DNA from: Cytophagales bacterium
Lineage (GTDB): Bacteria; Bacteroidota; Bacteroidia; Cytophagales; JAAEPT01
Assembly (NCBI GenBank): GCA_965267335.1
Contig: OZ253953.1
Coordinates: 1,670,486 to 1,734,485 of the forward strand
Direction of reading: 5' to 3'
Length of the DNA stretch: 64,000 nucleotides
Position numbers and translations under genes: made by a program. Of this stretch, positions 1 through 9,408 are shown piece after piece. The notes beneath the pieces were generated by a model, which had not been told where the DNA came from, did not search any database, and was given only the letters and a program-made list of their open reading frames with translations. Position 1 is the first letter of the stretch. Each line of letters starts with the position of its first letter.

Positions 1-83
1 AATTCTATGGAAAGAGGGATTAATCCAGCGATCAGATAGAAAAGCCATAATATAGTGTTGCGTAGTACCCCGGTCTGCCTCAT
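1..83 (-). CDS. N-terminal fragment of a membrane protein running off the window edge
   Basis: ATG at 83..81 (minus) opens MRQTGVLRNTILWLFYLIAGLIPLSIE, which is hydrophobic. It lies 77 nt downstream of the flippase gene on the same strand. Too short to assign a family. Confidence 0.3.
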   Translation of the reverse strand, partial: MRQTGVLRNTILWLFYLIAGLIPLSIE

Positions 84-160
84 GCGCGTCTGTAACAAAC
101 TTTTGACAAAGTTGTAATTTGTAGAAGATTATACAAGTCTTGAATTAACATTATCCCTGA

Positions 161-1585
161 TTAAAGCCCTTTTAGTTTCCTGAAATTAATTAAGTCCAGC
201 TGCCAGGCAGTAAGCATACTAAACAATAACGAAACTGAGGTGCCTGCGATCCAGTGAATGTTATAATACTGGAACGTAAAAAGCCCTGAAAAGTATATAG
301 TACTCACTAAAATTAATTTTCCCCATTGAGCATAGGGTAAATTCAGAGGCGTCTTTAGTTGAATGTACAGAATGTAGCCAATGCAGGCTGTCAAAGTGCT
401 AATCAGTGTTGTCCAGGCTGCCGCTGTAGCCCCATATATGGGTATAAGGTAGATATTTAATCCAACGTTGACCAGAATACTGATGACCATCATTAAGTTG
501 ATAAAGGAAGTGTAGCCATTGGATGTCAGGTATGTACTGAGTATAGCACAGAATCCATGAATTAATAGGCAGATGAACAAAATTTTAACACATTGGGTCA
601 TTAATTCAATTTGCTCCAGTGAGCTGTGAGTAAAGAGGATGAATAACTTCTCGCCATGAAATATACCGAAACCTGAAATGAGTATCAGGGGCAAGGAAGT
701 GATACTGACTCCTACTTTGATAAGAGTGTTTTTATCCTCCAGACTGGTTTTGTGAAACGAAAGCTTCGCAAAAAACATGGGTAAAACAATCCAGAGATAC
801 ATCATCGTCAAATCCAGCCAACGATACGATGCTGCGTATATACCCGTCACCTCTTCTCCGTTGGGATGTATCCTTTCCAACATAACCTGATCAACCCGCT
901 CGTGTACAGAATAAAAGATGGTGATTAAGGCGAAAGGAAAGCTCTTCTTAAGTATTGGGATCGTTTTTCGAAAACTGAGTACAGGGCGGCTAAATAATTT
1001 TTTTCTTGCCAGTATCCGTTGAAGTACGATTATCGCCAATACTACCGAAACAAGTCGTGCATAAATGAAGCTGTCAACAGTTATTGTGGTAAGTAGCAAT
1101 GCGGTGAGAATGATTGCCAGAAAGAATTTGTCAAAGTTAGAGGCAAAGGCATCGATTTTAAACAATTGGTAGCCCTGAAATATTGATCTGTAGTACTGAA
1201 GTAATTGAATTAATGCTGTTGTGAAACTAATAATAGCAAGGTAAATTAATACGTAACCCCTGTATCCCAAAGCGAATCCAATGAGCACTAGAATTAGCGG
1301 GTAAATGAACAGGGTAAAAAATTTGAATCCATGAACATAGCGGTTGGTTGTCTTAGCATCATCAGGATTCCCGGCCAGAAACTTAGTAATGTATTGGTTG
1401 ACGCCTAAATCAATGAAAGCCGTAAAGAGAAATGAAAGCGAGAATAGCGCTGTATAAATACCCCAGTTTTCATGCCCTACGTGGTCCTGAACCTTGCTTT
1501 CAATGATAAAACTCAGTGGTTTTACCAGTATATTCAGGATAAGAATTAATCCAATATTTTTTGCAAACTGCGCTATTGCCGTGAT
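161..1585 (-). CDS. Wzx/MOP-superfamily polysaccharide flippase (polysaccharide biosynthesis protein)
   Basis: Polytopic membrane protein. The ORF track starts at GTG 1288, but the frame stays open to 1585 (stop TAA at 1588..1586). The extra 99 codons read ITAIAQFAKNIGLILILNILVKPLSFIIESKVQDHVGHENWGIYTALFSLSFLF, a typical flippase N-terminus. The total of 474 aa fits the family. The true start codon is unresolved (see finding). Confidence 0.8.
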   Translation of the reverse strand: MTAIAQFAKNIGLILILNILVKPLSFIIESKVQDHVGHENWGIYTALFSLSFLFTAFIDLGVNQYITKFLAGNPDDAKTTNRYVHGFKFFTLFIYPLILVLIGFALGYRGYVLIYLAIISFTTALIQLLQYYRSIFQGYQLFKIDAFASNFDKFFLAIILTALLLTTITVDSFIYARLVSVVLAIIVLQRILARKKLFSRPVLSFRKTIPILKKSFPFALITIFYSVHERVDQVMLERIHPNGEEVTGIYAASYRWLDLTMMYLWIVLPMFFAKLSFHKTSLEDKNTLIKVGVSITSLPLILISGFGIFHGEKLFILFTHSSLEQIELMTQCVKILFICLLIHGFCAILSTYLTSNGYTSFINLMMVISILVNVGLNIYLIPIYGATAAAWTTLISTLTACIGYILYIQLKTPLNLPYAQWGKLILVSTIYFSGLFTFQYYNIHWIAGTSVSLLFSMLTAWQLDLINFRKLKGL

Positions 1586-1694
1586 TTATACTTATGAAAC
1601 TAATAAAGGCTCAATAAAAAAACGTAATTCAATTTTTTGATTATAAGCTTTAGGCCGAATTTAGTTATTTTCAACACTGTAAACGACCACTGAA

Positions 1695-2828
1695 TTGAAA
1701 ATAGCAGTAAACACCAGGTTTTTATTGAAGGATAAGTTAGAAGGTATCGGCTGGTTTACCTATGAGACCATCAAGCGAATAGTTCTTAAACATCCGGAAC
1801 ATGAGTTCGTTTTTTTGTTTGATAGGCCTTATGATGAGAGTTTTATTTTTGCTGATAATGTACGGGGTCGTAGTGTTTATCCACCAGCAAGGCATCCTGT
1901 ACTCTGGTATTGGTGGTTTGAGAAAAGTATACCCAAAGTACTGAAGAAGGAAAAGCCAGACCTTTTCATTTCTACCGATGGATATATGTCACTAAAGGCC
2001 AAAGTGCCCACACTTTTGGTTATCCATGATTTGGCATTTGAGCATTACCCCAATGATGTAAGTAAAAGGGTGAGGAACTACTACAGAAAGTTCACCCCAC
2101 AATATGCTCGTAAAGCAACAAGAATAGCTACCGTATCCGAGTACTCCAAAAAAGATATTATCGAGCAATATGATATCGAACCCGATAATATAGATGTGGT
2201 TTATAATGGTGTAAATAGTTTGTATGGCCCATCTGATGAAAAAACTATCGCTCAAACCCGGGATAAATACACTGAAGGAGCGGAATATTTTGTATACGTG
2301 GGATCTATTCATCCAAGAAAAAATATCAGTAGCCTATTCAAGGCCTTTGATCAGTTTAAAGAGCAAAATCAATGTGATACCAAATTGGTGATAGCTGGAG
2401 CCAAAGGCTGGTCGACTAAAAGAATTTTTGAGGTTTACGATCAGATGACCTTCAAAAGGGATGTTGTTTTCACGGATCGGGTAAGCAGTAATGAATTGAA
2501 TAAGATTTTGGGTGGATCCATTGGATTGACTTACGTTCCTTATTTTGAGGGATTTGGCATACCAATTATTGAAGCACAGACTTGCAGGTGTCCGGTAATA
2601 ACATCCAAAGTTACTTCAATGCCTGAGGTGGCGGGGAAAGGAGCTTTACTTGTAGATCCGTTTTCTGTAACATCCATAAAGGAGGGGATGCTGGAATTAA
2701 AGAATGATCCTGAGCGAAGAAAACAGCTTATTGAATTGGGTTCTGATAATGTCCAGAGATTTAGCTGGGACAAGTCTGCGGATGCGCTGTGGGAAAGTGC
2801 GCTTAGGACGTTGGGAGGTAGCCAATGA
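1695..2828 (+). CDS. Glycosyltransferase family 4 (GT-B, Glycos_transf_1 type)
   Basis: 377 aa with a TTG start. N-terminus MKIAVNTRFLLKDKLEGIGWFTYE; C-terminal half has EGFGIPIIEAQTCRCPVITS, the E-x7-E region typical of retaining GT4 enzymes. Confidence 0.85.
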   Translation: MKIAVNTRFLLKDKLEGIGWFTYETIKRIVLKHPEHEFVFLFDRPYDESFIFADNVRGRSVYPPARHPVLWYWWFEKSIPKVLKKEKPDLFISTDGYMSLKAKVPTLLVIHDLAFEHYPNDVSKRVRNYYRKFTPQYARKATRIATVSEYSKKDIIEQYDIEPDNIDVVYNGVNSLYGPSDEKTIAQTRDKYTEGAEYFVYVGSIHPRKNISSLFKAFDQFKEQNQCDTKLVIAGAKGWSTKRIFEVYDQMTFKRDVVFTDRVSSNELNKILGGSIGLTYVPYFEGFGIPIIEAQTCRCPVITSKVTSMPEVAGKGALLVDPFSVTSIKEGMLELKNDPERRKQLIELGSDNVQRFSWDKSADALWESALRTLGGSQ

Positions 2829-3445
2829 AACTCTATAAATTTGGCTGGCCCTTCAGGTTGTTGTATCCTCAGTTTATATGGAAGAAGAAATCATCATCGA
2901 AGGTGATCTACCTGACATTTGATGATGGACCAATACCAGAGGTTACAGAGTATGTCCTTAGTCTGTTAGAACAGTACAACGCCAAGGCAACCTTTTTTTG
3001 TGTCGGTGAGAATATAGAAAAACACCCTGAGGTCTATCAGGCACTCTTAGATGCGGGCCATCGAACGGGAAACCATACCTATAATCACCTCAAGGGGTTC
3101 GAAACCAAAGATGAAGATTATATAGCAAACATTCATAAGTGCCGGGATGTTATAACTGAGCAGGAGGGTAAAAAGTTGTTTCGTCCGCCCTATGGTAAAA
3201 TAAGAAGGAGGCAGGCAAGAAAACTTAAAAAGGACTATGAAATAATCATGTGGGATGTATTAACTAATGATTTTATGAATTCCGTAAGCAAGGAAGAGTG
3301 TCTGTCCAAAAGTATACGCTATACTTCTCCAGGCAGTATAGTGTTATTTCATGATTCGGTTAAAACATTCGATAAAATACAGTTTGTTCTCCCTCGATAC
3401 ATCGAATATTTCTTGAATAAAGGCTATAAATTTGAGCTGATCTGA
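2825..3445 (+). CDS. Polysaccharide deacetylase, carbohydrate esterase family 4 (NodB homology domain)
   Basis: Motifs LTFDDGP, TFFCVGENIEKHPE and GHRTGNHTYNH are the CE4 metal-binding and catalytic motifs. 4-nt overlap (ATGA) with the upstream GT4 gene. Confidence 0.9.
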   Translation: MKLYKFGWPFRLLYPQFIWKKKSSSKVIYLTFDDGPIPEVTEYVLSLLEQYNAKATFFCVGENIEKHPEVYQALLDAGHRTGNHTYNHLKGFETKDEDYIANIHKCRDVITEQEGKKLFRPPYGKIRRRQARKLKKDYEIIMWDVLTNDFMNSVSKEECLSKSIRYTSPGSIVLFHDSVKTFDKIQFVLPRYIEYFLNKGYKFELI

Positions 3446-3501
3446 ACCTGACCGAAACGATACTGATTTACCTTGCAGCACCGTCTATCCTATTCACTTT
3501 T

Positions 3502-4548
3502 TTGATGCTATTGGTTTGGGTTTTGAAAATTGAAAATGAACCCCAAGAGCTTAAAAAATGGCCTTTAATATCTATTTGGGTGGCAGCAAGAAATGAGGAG
3601 GATAATCTGGAAAGGTGTGTAAAGGCATTGTTAGCACTTGACTATCCTAAAGATAGTGTTCAGATTTTATTGGGAAATGACTCTTCTGAAGATGGTACCT
3701 GGGAACTGATGTCAAGGCTAAAAGAGGAGCACCCAGAGATCATAATTGTTGATATTAAAGACCAGCTCGGAACGGCTAGGGGTAAAGCCAATGTACTCGC
3801 ACATCTCGAAAAGGAATCAACGGGGGATTATTTTTTGATCACAGATGCAGACATCGCTGTTCCACCCAGTTGGGCCAAGGAAATGGTAGGGGAGATTAAG
3901 AGGAAAGATAATACGGGGGTTGTAACGGGTACAACAATTATAAAGAAGGGTGGACCGTGGAATGAACTACAATCTTTGGATTGGGTATTCGCAATCGGTT
4001 TGATCAAGACACTTTCAGATTTGAAAATTCCGGTTTCTGCAATGGGTAATAATATGATCGTGAGTCGTCAGGCCTATGAGGAAACCGGTGGTTATGAAGT
4101 TATTCCCTTTAACATTACTGAGGATTATGAGTTGTATAAGCAGATAATCAAACGTAAGTATCGCTTTAGTCATTTGTATAATCCGAAAGTGTTGGCTTCC
4201 TCCGAGCCAGTAAAGGGTGTCAGTGCTTTGTTGCATCAACGTAAGAGATGGATGAGAGGAGCGACCCAACTAAAATTTGCATTAGTTTTCATACTCCTGA
4301 TGAATGGTGTTTTTTATCCGGCTATGGTAACCTTATCGGTTTTTAATCCGACTCTGGGTTTGAGCTTGCTGGCAGTTAAATTCTTCGTGCAGTCAATTTT
4401 TATGCTCTACCTGATGGATCGCCTGAAAGTATTGAGGTTGGTAATTTATTTACCGTTGTATGAATTATACTCTATTCTATTGACTACAAGCCTTCTGGTG
4501 TTTTATATTTTGCCTGTGAAAGTTCGCTGGAAAGGTCGACAATATTAA
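3502..4548 (+). CDS. Processive-type glycosyltransferase family 2 (membrane-embedded, QxxRW class)
   Basis: ISIWVAARNEEDNL (GT-A fold start), ITDADI (DxD), TEDYEL (TED) and QRKRWMRG (QxxRW), followed by C-terminal TM helices. The frame is open from 3436 and encodes a hydrophobic helix with no canonical start, so the N-terminus is uncertain (TTG 3502 or ATG 3505). Confidence 0.85.
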   Translation: MMLLVWVLKIENEPQELKKWPLISIWVAARNEEDNLERCVKALLALDYPKDSVQILLGNDSSEDGTWELMSRLKEEHPEIIIVDIKDQLGTARGKANVLAHLEKESTGDYFLITDADIAVPPSWAKEMVGEIKRKDNTGVVTGTTIIKKGGPWNELQSLDWVFAIGLIKTLSDLKIPVSAMGNNMIVSRQAYEETGGYEVIPFNITEDYELYKQIIKRKYRFSHLYNPKVLASSEPVKGVSALLHQRKRWMRGATQLKFALVFILLMNGVFYPAMVTLSVFNPTLGLSLLAVKFFVQSIFMLYLMDRLKVLRLVIYLPLYELYSILLTTSLLVFYILPVKVRWKGRQY

Positions 4549-4557
4549 TGGATGGAT

Positions 4558-5172
4558 TTAGTTGTCTTTCTGCTTGTGAACCTGATAGCTGATATTAAAT
4601 TCTCCATTTGCTGTTCTCATTAGGTGTATGTAAGCTTTTTCTTCATCCTTGTCATCTCTTAAGACGTATTTCATATCGAAATAACCACTTTCAATTTCAT
4701 ATTCTCCATCTATCTTAGGCTCCCCAAATTTTGAATTGAATGAATTAACCAAGTATTCTGTGGTTTCAGAGATTGCTGAAGTGTCAGCTAGAGAAAAACG
4801 GAAATTAATTTTGTGTTTGGAGTAGTATGAAAGAAAACACGTGATTTTTAGTTCAACCTCTTCTGATTCGGATGTGTAGATGTACTGGCTCTCCTCCTTG
4901 AATTCTAACCCGTATAAGTCATTGTATAATTTGAGGCTGTTACTACTATCCAGACCGGTTCCCAGTAAGGCATCATTGGTGACCTCAACTTTTTGGAGAA
5001 CTTCCTCAAGACTCAATGAACCCATAGGCTCTTCCTTGGTTTGAGTTTCCGGTGAATCACATGATGGTGGGTCAGGATTACCTATATCTGTAGAATCCGT
5101 TTGATTATTCGTGTTGTCATCAGAACATGATGAGATAGCCAGTATGAAGAGGCAATAATAGATGATTTTCAT
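4558..5172 (-). CDS. Hypothetical lipoprotein
   Basis: Signal peptide plus lipobox (MKIIYYCLFILAISSC), then an acidic low-complexity linker. No recognisable family. Confidence 0.6.
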   Translation of the reverse strand: MKIIYYCLFILAISSCSDDNTNNQTDSTDIGNPDPPSCDSPETQTKEEPMGSLSLEEVLQKVEVTNDALLGTGLDSSNSLKLYNDLYGLEFKEESQYIYTSESEEVELKITCFLSYYSKHKINFRFSLADTSAISETTEYLVNSFNSKFGEPKIDGEYEIESGYFDMKYVLRDDKDEEKAYIHLMRTANGEFNISYQVHKQKDN

Positions 5173-5326
5173 AACTAAGGACCTAATTGAATTACTTAAT
5201 ATGTCTATATGTACGAAGGGTTAGTTAAAATGTTATCAGCATTCAGACTTAAATAAAGTGCAAAAAAGTCTGGAAATGGTTATATTTAAGTTCTTGTCTA
5301 CCTTACTAGAAGATTTAAATTTTAAT

Positions 5327-7588
5327 ATGAAGAAAGTTCTGATTACGCTGTTGTGTATGACAGGCTCGCTTTACGCTATACGAGCCCAAAGTGTTTCACC
5401 TTATATATTGATTGATCAATTTGGTTATCGTCCGGATGCCATTAAAGTTGCAGTCATAAAGAATCCGGTGACCGGGTATGACGATACCGGTTCTTTCAAC
5501 CCAGGCCCCACTTATCATGTAATGAATGCAGCAGCAGATACTTCGGTATACTCAGGAAGTCCGTCCGTATGGAACGGAGGAGCCACTGATGCTTCGTCAG
5601 GTGACCAGGCATGGTGGTTTGATTTTAGTGAGGTGCAGGAGCCGGGAAGTTACTACCTGTGGGACGAACAAAATGATGTGATTACGTATGATTTTGATAT
5701 TGACGAGGATATTTACGCTGATGTATTGAAGCATGCGGTACGCACATTTTATTATCAACGAGCTAACCATGCGAAGGAAACTCCGTATGCTGAGGCCGGA
5801 TGGACCGATGCAATAGATCACGTAGGATCACTACAGGATAGCGAGTGTAGGGTTTATGATGATCCTACTAATGCAGGAACAGAAAAAGACCTTACTGGTG
5901 GTTGGTATGATGCTGGCGACCTTAATAAATACACACCTTGGACGGCCAACTATGTCTTCAAAATGTTGTTGAGTTATCAGGAGAACCCAAATGGCTTTGG
6001 TGATGATTATAATATTCCTGAATCCGGTAATGGTATACCTGATATTTTAGATGAAGCAAAGTGGGGAATGGATCATTTATTGAGAATGGTTCAGAATGAC
6101 GGCAGTGTATTGAGTATTGTTTCTTTGGACGGAGCGAGTCCTCCATCGGCAGCTACCGGCCAAAGTCTGTATGGCGACCCAAATACTCACTCGGCCAATA
6201 CAACAGCTGCAGCCCTGGCCAAAGGAGCAAAAGTATATGGCGATATCGGTATGACCTCTTATGCTACGACATTGCAGACTCAGGCAGAATTAGTTTGGGA
6301 CTGGAGCGATGCTAACCCCAATGTCGAGTGGAGGAATAATGATGCTGCTTATGGCTCCCAAGGTATCGGAGCAGGGCAGCAGGAAACTAATAATTATGGA
6401 AGATTAGTGACAAAAATCAGGGCGGCTATTGCTTTATATGATCTTACAGGGGACAGTGAATACAAGACTTACGTGGAAAATAATTATGATCAGGTCAATA
6501 TGTTGCAATGGAATTATGCTTTTCCATACCAATCTGAGAATCAGGATATGTTACTTTACTATGCAAACCTTCCAGGAGTATCATCCGCAGTAGCGAGTGA
6601 TATTATTTCTGCCTATGAGGGGTCCATGGAGGGGTCAGGCTTGAATTTCCCATCGTATTTTGGTCAGGATGATCCGTATAGGGCTTATTTGGATAGTTAT
6701 ACCTGGGGTAGTAACAATACTAAGTCGAGAAAGGGAGGGATGTTTTATAATTATGTAACGCATAACCTGAATGCGACAAGGCAGGATACAGCGGCAAGGG
6801 CTGCTGAAGAGTATATCCACTATATACACGGTGTAAATCCTTTGGGGATGGTTTATCTCTCAAATATGTACAACTATGGAGCTGAAAACTGTGTGAATGA
6901 ATTTTATCATACATGGTATAGTGATGGCAGTGCAGATTGGGACAGGGTAGGTACCTCTACCTATGGTCCGGCACCAGGATTTTTGGTTGGTGGACCCAAC
7001 CCAAGTTATGATTATGACGGTTGCTGTCCTAGTGGATGTGGGAGTACTGCAAATAACGACAAGTGTACTTCAGAGTGGATACCAACCGGACAACCAGATC
7101 AAAAATCGTATAAAGACTTCAATACCAGTTGGCCACTGAATTCCTGGGAGATTACTGAAAATAGTTGTGGATATCAGATTTCATATATTCAATTGTTGTC
7201 CAAGTTTGTTCATCTGGACACCGATTGTAATGGTGTAGTTGGTGGAAGCGCATTTATTGATTCATGTGGAGAGTGTGCAGGAGGAAATACCGGTATTACT
7301 CCAAATACTACTGGGTCAGGGTGCGTGACCGGGCTGGAGGAATCCGAAGAGCTGGGAATCTTGGTGTATCCCAATCCTTCAACAAGTCGAATTTATATAG
7401 AGAATAAGTACAATGTTTCGGTAAACGTAAAGATTACAGATACTAAAGGTGTTTCCTTTTATCAAGGTTTAGTCACGGATAGAACACAAATTTCAATTGA
7501 CACATGGCCACAAGGTATTTATTACGTAGTAGCCACAGGTCAGAAGCCTACTGTTGTCAGAAAGGTACTCAAAATAAATGCTCCATAG
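5327..7588 (+). CDS. Glycoside hydrolase family 9 endoglucanase with N-terminal Ig-like domain and T9SS C-terminal sorting domain
   Basis: GH9 signature DLTGGWYDAGDLNKYT, plus later YTWGSNN and HGVNPLG blocks. The likely true start is ATG 5327 (MKKVLITLLCMTGSLYAIRAQ signal peptide) rather than ORF-track 5258. C-terminus LVYPNPSTSRIYIEN...VRKVLKIN is a Por secretion tail. Confidence 0.9.
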   Translation: MKKVLITLLCMTGSLYAIRAQSVSPYILIDQFGYRPDAIKVAVIKNPVTGYDDTGSFNPGPTYHVMNAAADTSVYSGSPSVWNGGATDASSGDQAWWFDFSEVQEPGSYYLWDEQNDVITYDFDIDEDIYADVLKHAVRTFYYQRANHAKETPYAEAGWTDAIDHVGSLQDSECRVYDDPTNAGTEKDLTGGWYDAGDLNKYTPWTANYVFKMLLSYQENPNGFGDDYNIPESGNGIPDILDEAKWGMDHLLRMVQNDGSVLSIVSLDGASPPSAATGQSLYGDPNTHSANTTAAALAKGAKVYGDIGMTSYATTLQTQAELVWDWSDANPNVEWRNNDAAYGSQGIGAGQQETNNYGRLVTKIRAAIALYDLTGDSEYKTYVENNYDQVNMLQWNYAFPYQSENQDMLLYYANLPGVSSAVASDIISAYEGSMEGSGLNFPSYFGQDDPYRAYLDSYTWGSNNTKSRKGGMFYNYVTHNLNATRQDTAARAAEEYIHYIHGVNPLGMVYLSNMYNYGAENCVNEFYHTWYSDGSADWDRVGTSTYGPAPGFLVGGPNPSYDYDGCCPSGCGSTANNDKCTSEWIPTGQPDQKSYKDFNTSWPLNSWEITENSCGYQISYIQLLSKFVHLDTDCNGVVGGSAFIDSCGECAGGNTGITPNTTGSGCVTGLEESEELGILVYPNPSTSRIYIENKYNVSVNVKITDTKGVSFYQGLVTDRTQISIDTWPQGIYYVVATGQKPTVVRKVLKINAP

Positions 7589-7645
7589 CATTGTAATTTC
7601 AGCCTGTAATGCTGTTAATTTAGCATGAGCAAAATTTAACGGGCT

Positions 7646-8611
7646 ATGCTTTATCGATTTTTAATTGGGGTTTGTTTTTGTGTATCTATATGTTTTTTCT
7701 ATATGGGGCTTACCTCAGATTCCCAGGACTATTTGAAGAAACATGAGCAGTTCTATATAGCGATCGACAACCTTGATCCGCCACTGAACAAATCTAATTT
7801 CAGCGATGAGGCCTACTTAAATTATCAATCTGATCTTGATTCTCTAAATTCTAATGCGCAGCTAAATAACCTCCGTTGGTTATACGGTCAAAGGATTTCT
7901 AATTATGAGAAGAATCTGTCATCACTTAACTCCACATTACAAAGCATTATCATACTTGGGGTACTGGGGTTATTGACATTGTTTTATCGTCCGGAAGGGA
8001 TACCGGTTCCATTTATTTCGCTTCAGATTCCACAGAATATGATCTACATATTTGTGATAGTCGGAGGAGTGTATCTATGGTCTCATTTGGGATTACTGAT
8101 GAATGCAGCAATAGACTCCAGACTCACCCTACATGTTATGACGGAGTATCTTGAAAACTTTTCTGACTACCATACAAATTATTTATACAGCAATACCCAC
8201 GTTTTGGTAGATTCTGGTTTTCTTGACAATTGGTGCAGCTTTTTCTATGATATTTTTCATAGAAACCCAGTTAAAAGTGATACAGCAACCTATTGGTTGG
8301 GGATAGTAGGTTTGTATGGTGTATATGGTATTTTGTTTGGTGTTTTTTATGCGGTAGTATTCGCTGTGGCCATTGACTTTTTGAAGCGCAAGAAGACGGG
8401 TAAAGGATTGAAATATGTCCTTTTGGTTTTTACGGTACTGCTCTTGATTTTGGATAATGTAGCATGGGCTTACAAGTTCAGCCATACTATGACCTTTGGG
8501 GGTTGGTACTGGTGCGTTGCAGGGTTGGGGCTCATAATATGGAAGTGGAAAGGTCAGGTCTTAGCCGACCAGCTATCAAATTCTGGCCAAAGAGACCTTG
8601 AAGGGAAGTAA
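7646..8611 (+). CDS. Hypothetical polytopic membrane protein
   Basis: 321 aa with an N-terminal TM helix, a Ser/Asn-rich segment, then about 5 TM helices. No family recognised. Confidence 0.55.
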   Translation: MLYRFLIGVCFCVSICFFYMGLTSDSQDYLKKHEQFYIAIDNLDPPLNKSNFSDEAYLNYQSDLDSLNSNAQLNNLRWLYGQRISNYEKNLSSLNSTLQSIIILGVLGLLTLFYRPEGIPVPFISLQIPQNMIYIFVIVGGVYLWSHLGLLMNAAIDSRLTLHVMTEYLENFSDYHTNYLYSNTHVLVDSGFLDNWCSFFYDIFHRNPVKSDTATYWLGIVGLYGVYGILFGVFYAVVFAVAIDFLKRKKTGKGLKYVLLVFTVLLLILDNVAWAYKFSHTMTFGGWYWCVAGLGLIIWKWKGQVLADQLSNSGQRDLEGK

Positions 8612-8686
8612 TAATCGAGACGGAAATACTTGATTATTCGTGAAAACCTTACTAAAGTTATAGTTTGGTTACCAAACAAAGATACT

Positions 8687-9271
8687 ATGAGTAAGAAAGC
8701 AATTGATAAGCTTGAGAATGGTTTTGAGTTCCTGATCTTCTGGAGCAGATGGTTGCAGGCACCAATTTATGGTGGGCTTATAGTAGCATCTGTGATTTTT
8801 TCTTATCGATTCTGTGCGGAATTGGTCAACTTCGTAGTCAAGAGCAATGCCGCAGATTACGACTATCTTAAGTTAATTATGGGAGTGCTAACTCTTGTAG
8901 ATTTGGTAATGGTAATTAATGTATTGATCATGGTGATCATTGGTGGATATGCGACTTTCGTGAGTAAATTGAATATAGGTAAACACGAAGATCGACCGGC
9001 TTGGTTGAGGAGTATGGATCCGGGTACACTGAAGGTGAAGCTTTCTGCGTCATTGGTAGGAGTTTCGGGGATTCACTTACTTAAGGCCTTTATAGATGTT
9101 AACCATGTTCCAATCGCTCATGTAAAAGTTCAGGCCGGCTTACACCTTGTGTTCCTTATTTCTGCCATTGGACTAGCTTTTTCTGAGAAGCTACTGCATC
9201 AGGCTCACCAAATCGAGCATGATCATGCGGCTAAGGATAAAGCAAACGCTGAAACCCCGGTTAAGGACTAA
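8687..9271 (+). CDS. UPF0114 / YqhA-family membrane protein
   Basis: LENGFEFLIFWSRWLQAPIYGGLIVASVIFSYRF resembles the YqhA N-terminal motif (SRWLLAPVYFGL). The likely start is ATG 8687 (MSKKAIDKLE) rather than 8630. Confidence 0.7.
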   Translation: MSKKAIDKLENGFEFLIFWSRWLQAPIYGGLIVASVIFSYRFCAELVNFVVKSNAADYDYLKLIMGVLTLVDLVMVINVLIMVIIGGYATFVSKLNIGKHEDRPAWLRSMDPGTLKVKLSASLVGVSGIHLLKAFIDVNHVPIAHVKVQAGLHLVFLISAIGLAFSEKLLHQAHQIEHDHAAKDKANAETPVKD

Positions 9272-9408
9272 TCTGGAAAATATTTTGCTGGTATAAAGAA
9301 CTATTCTGCTCAGTAGGGTAGTCTACTAATTGTTTTACAATTCTTAGTTGTGTATATTTAACATATCTAAAATTTCAACTTCTTGCTATATCTCTGGCTT
9401 GTTTGAAA

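Noticed and set aside
3096-3106. GGTTCGAAACC, resembling a tRNA T-arm
   Set aside because: It lies inside the CE4 deacetylase CDS (encoding ...KGFETK...), and no acceptor or anticodon stems can be drawn around it.
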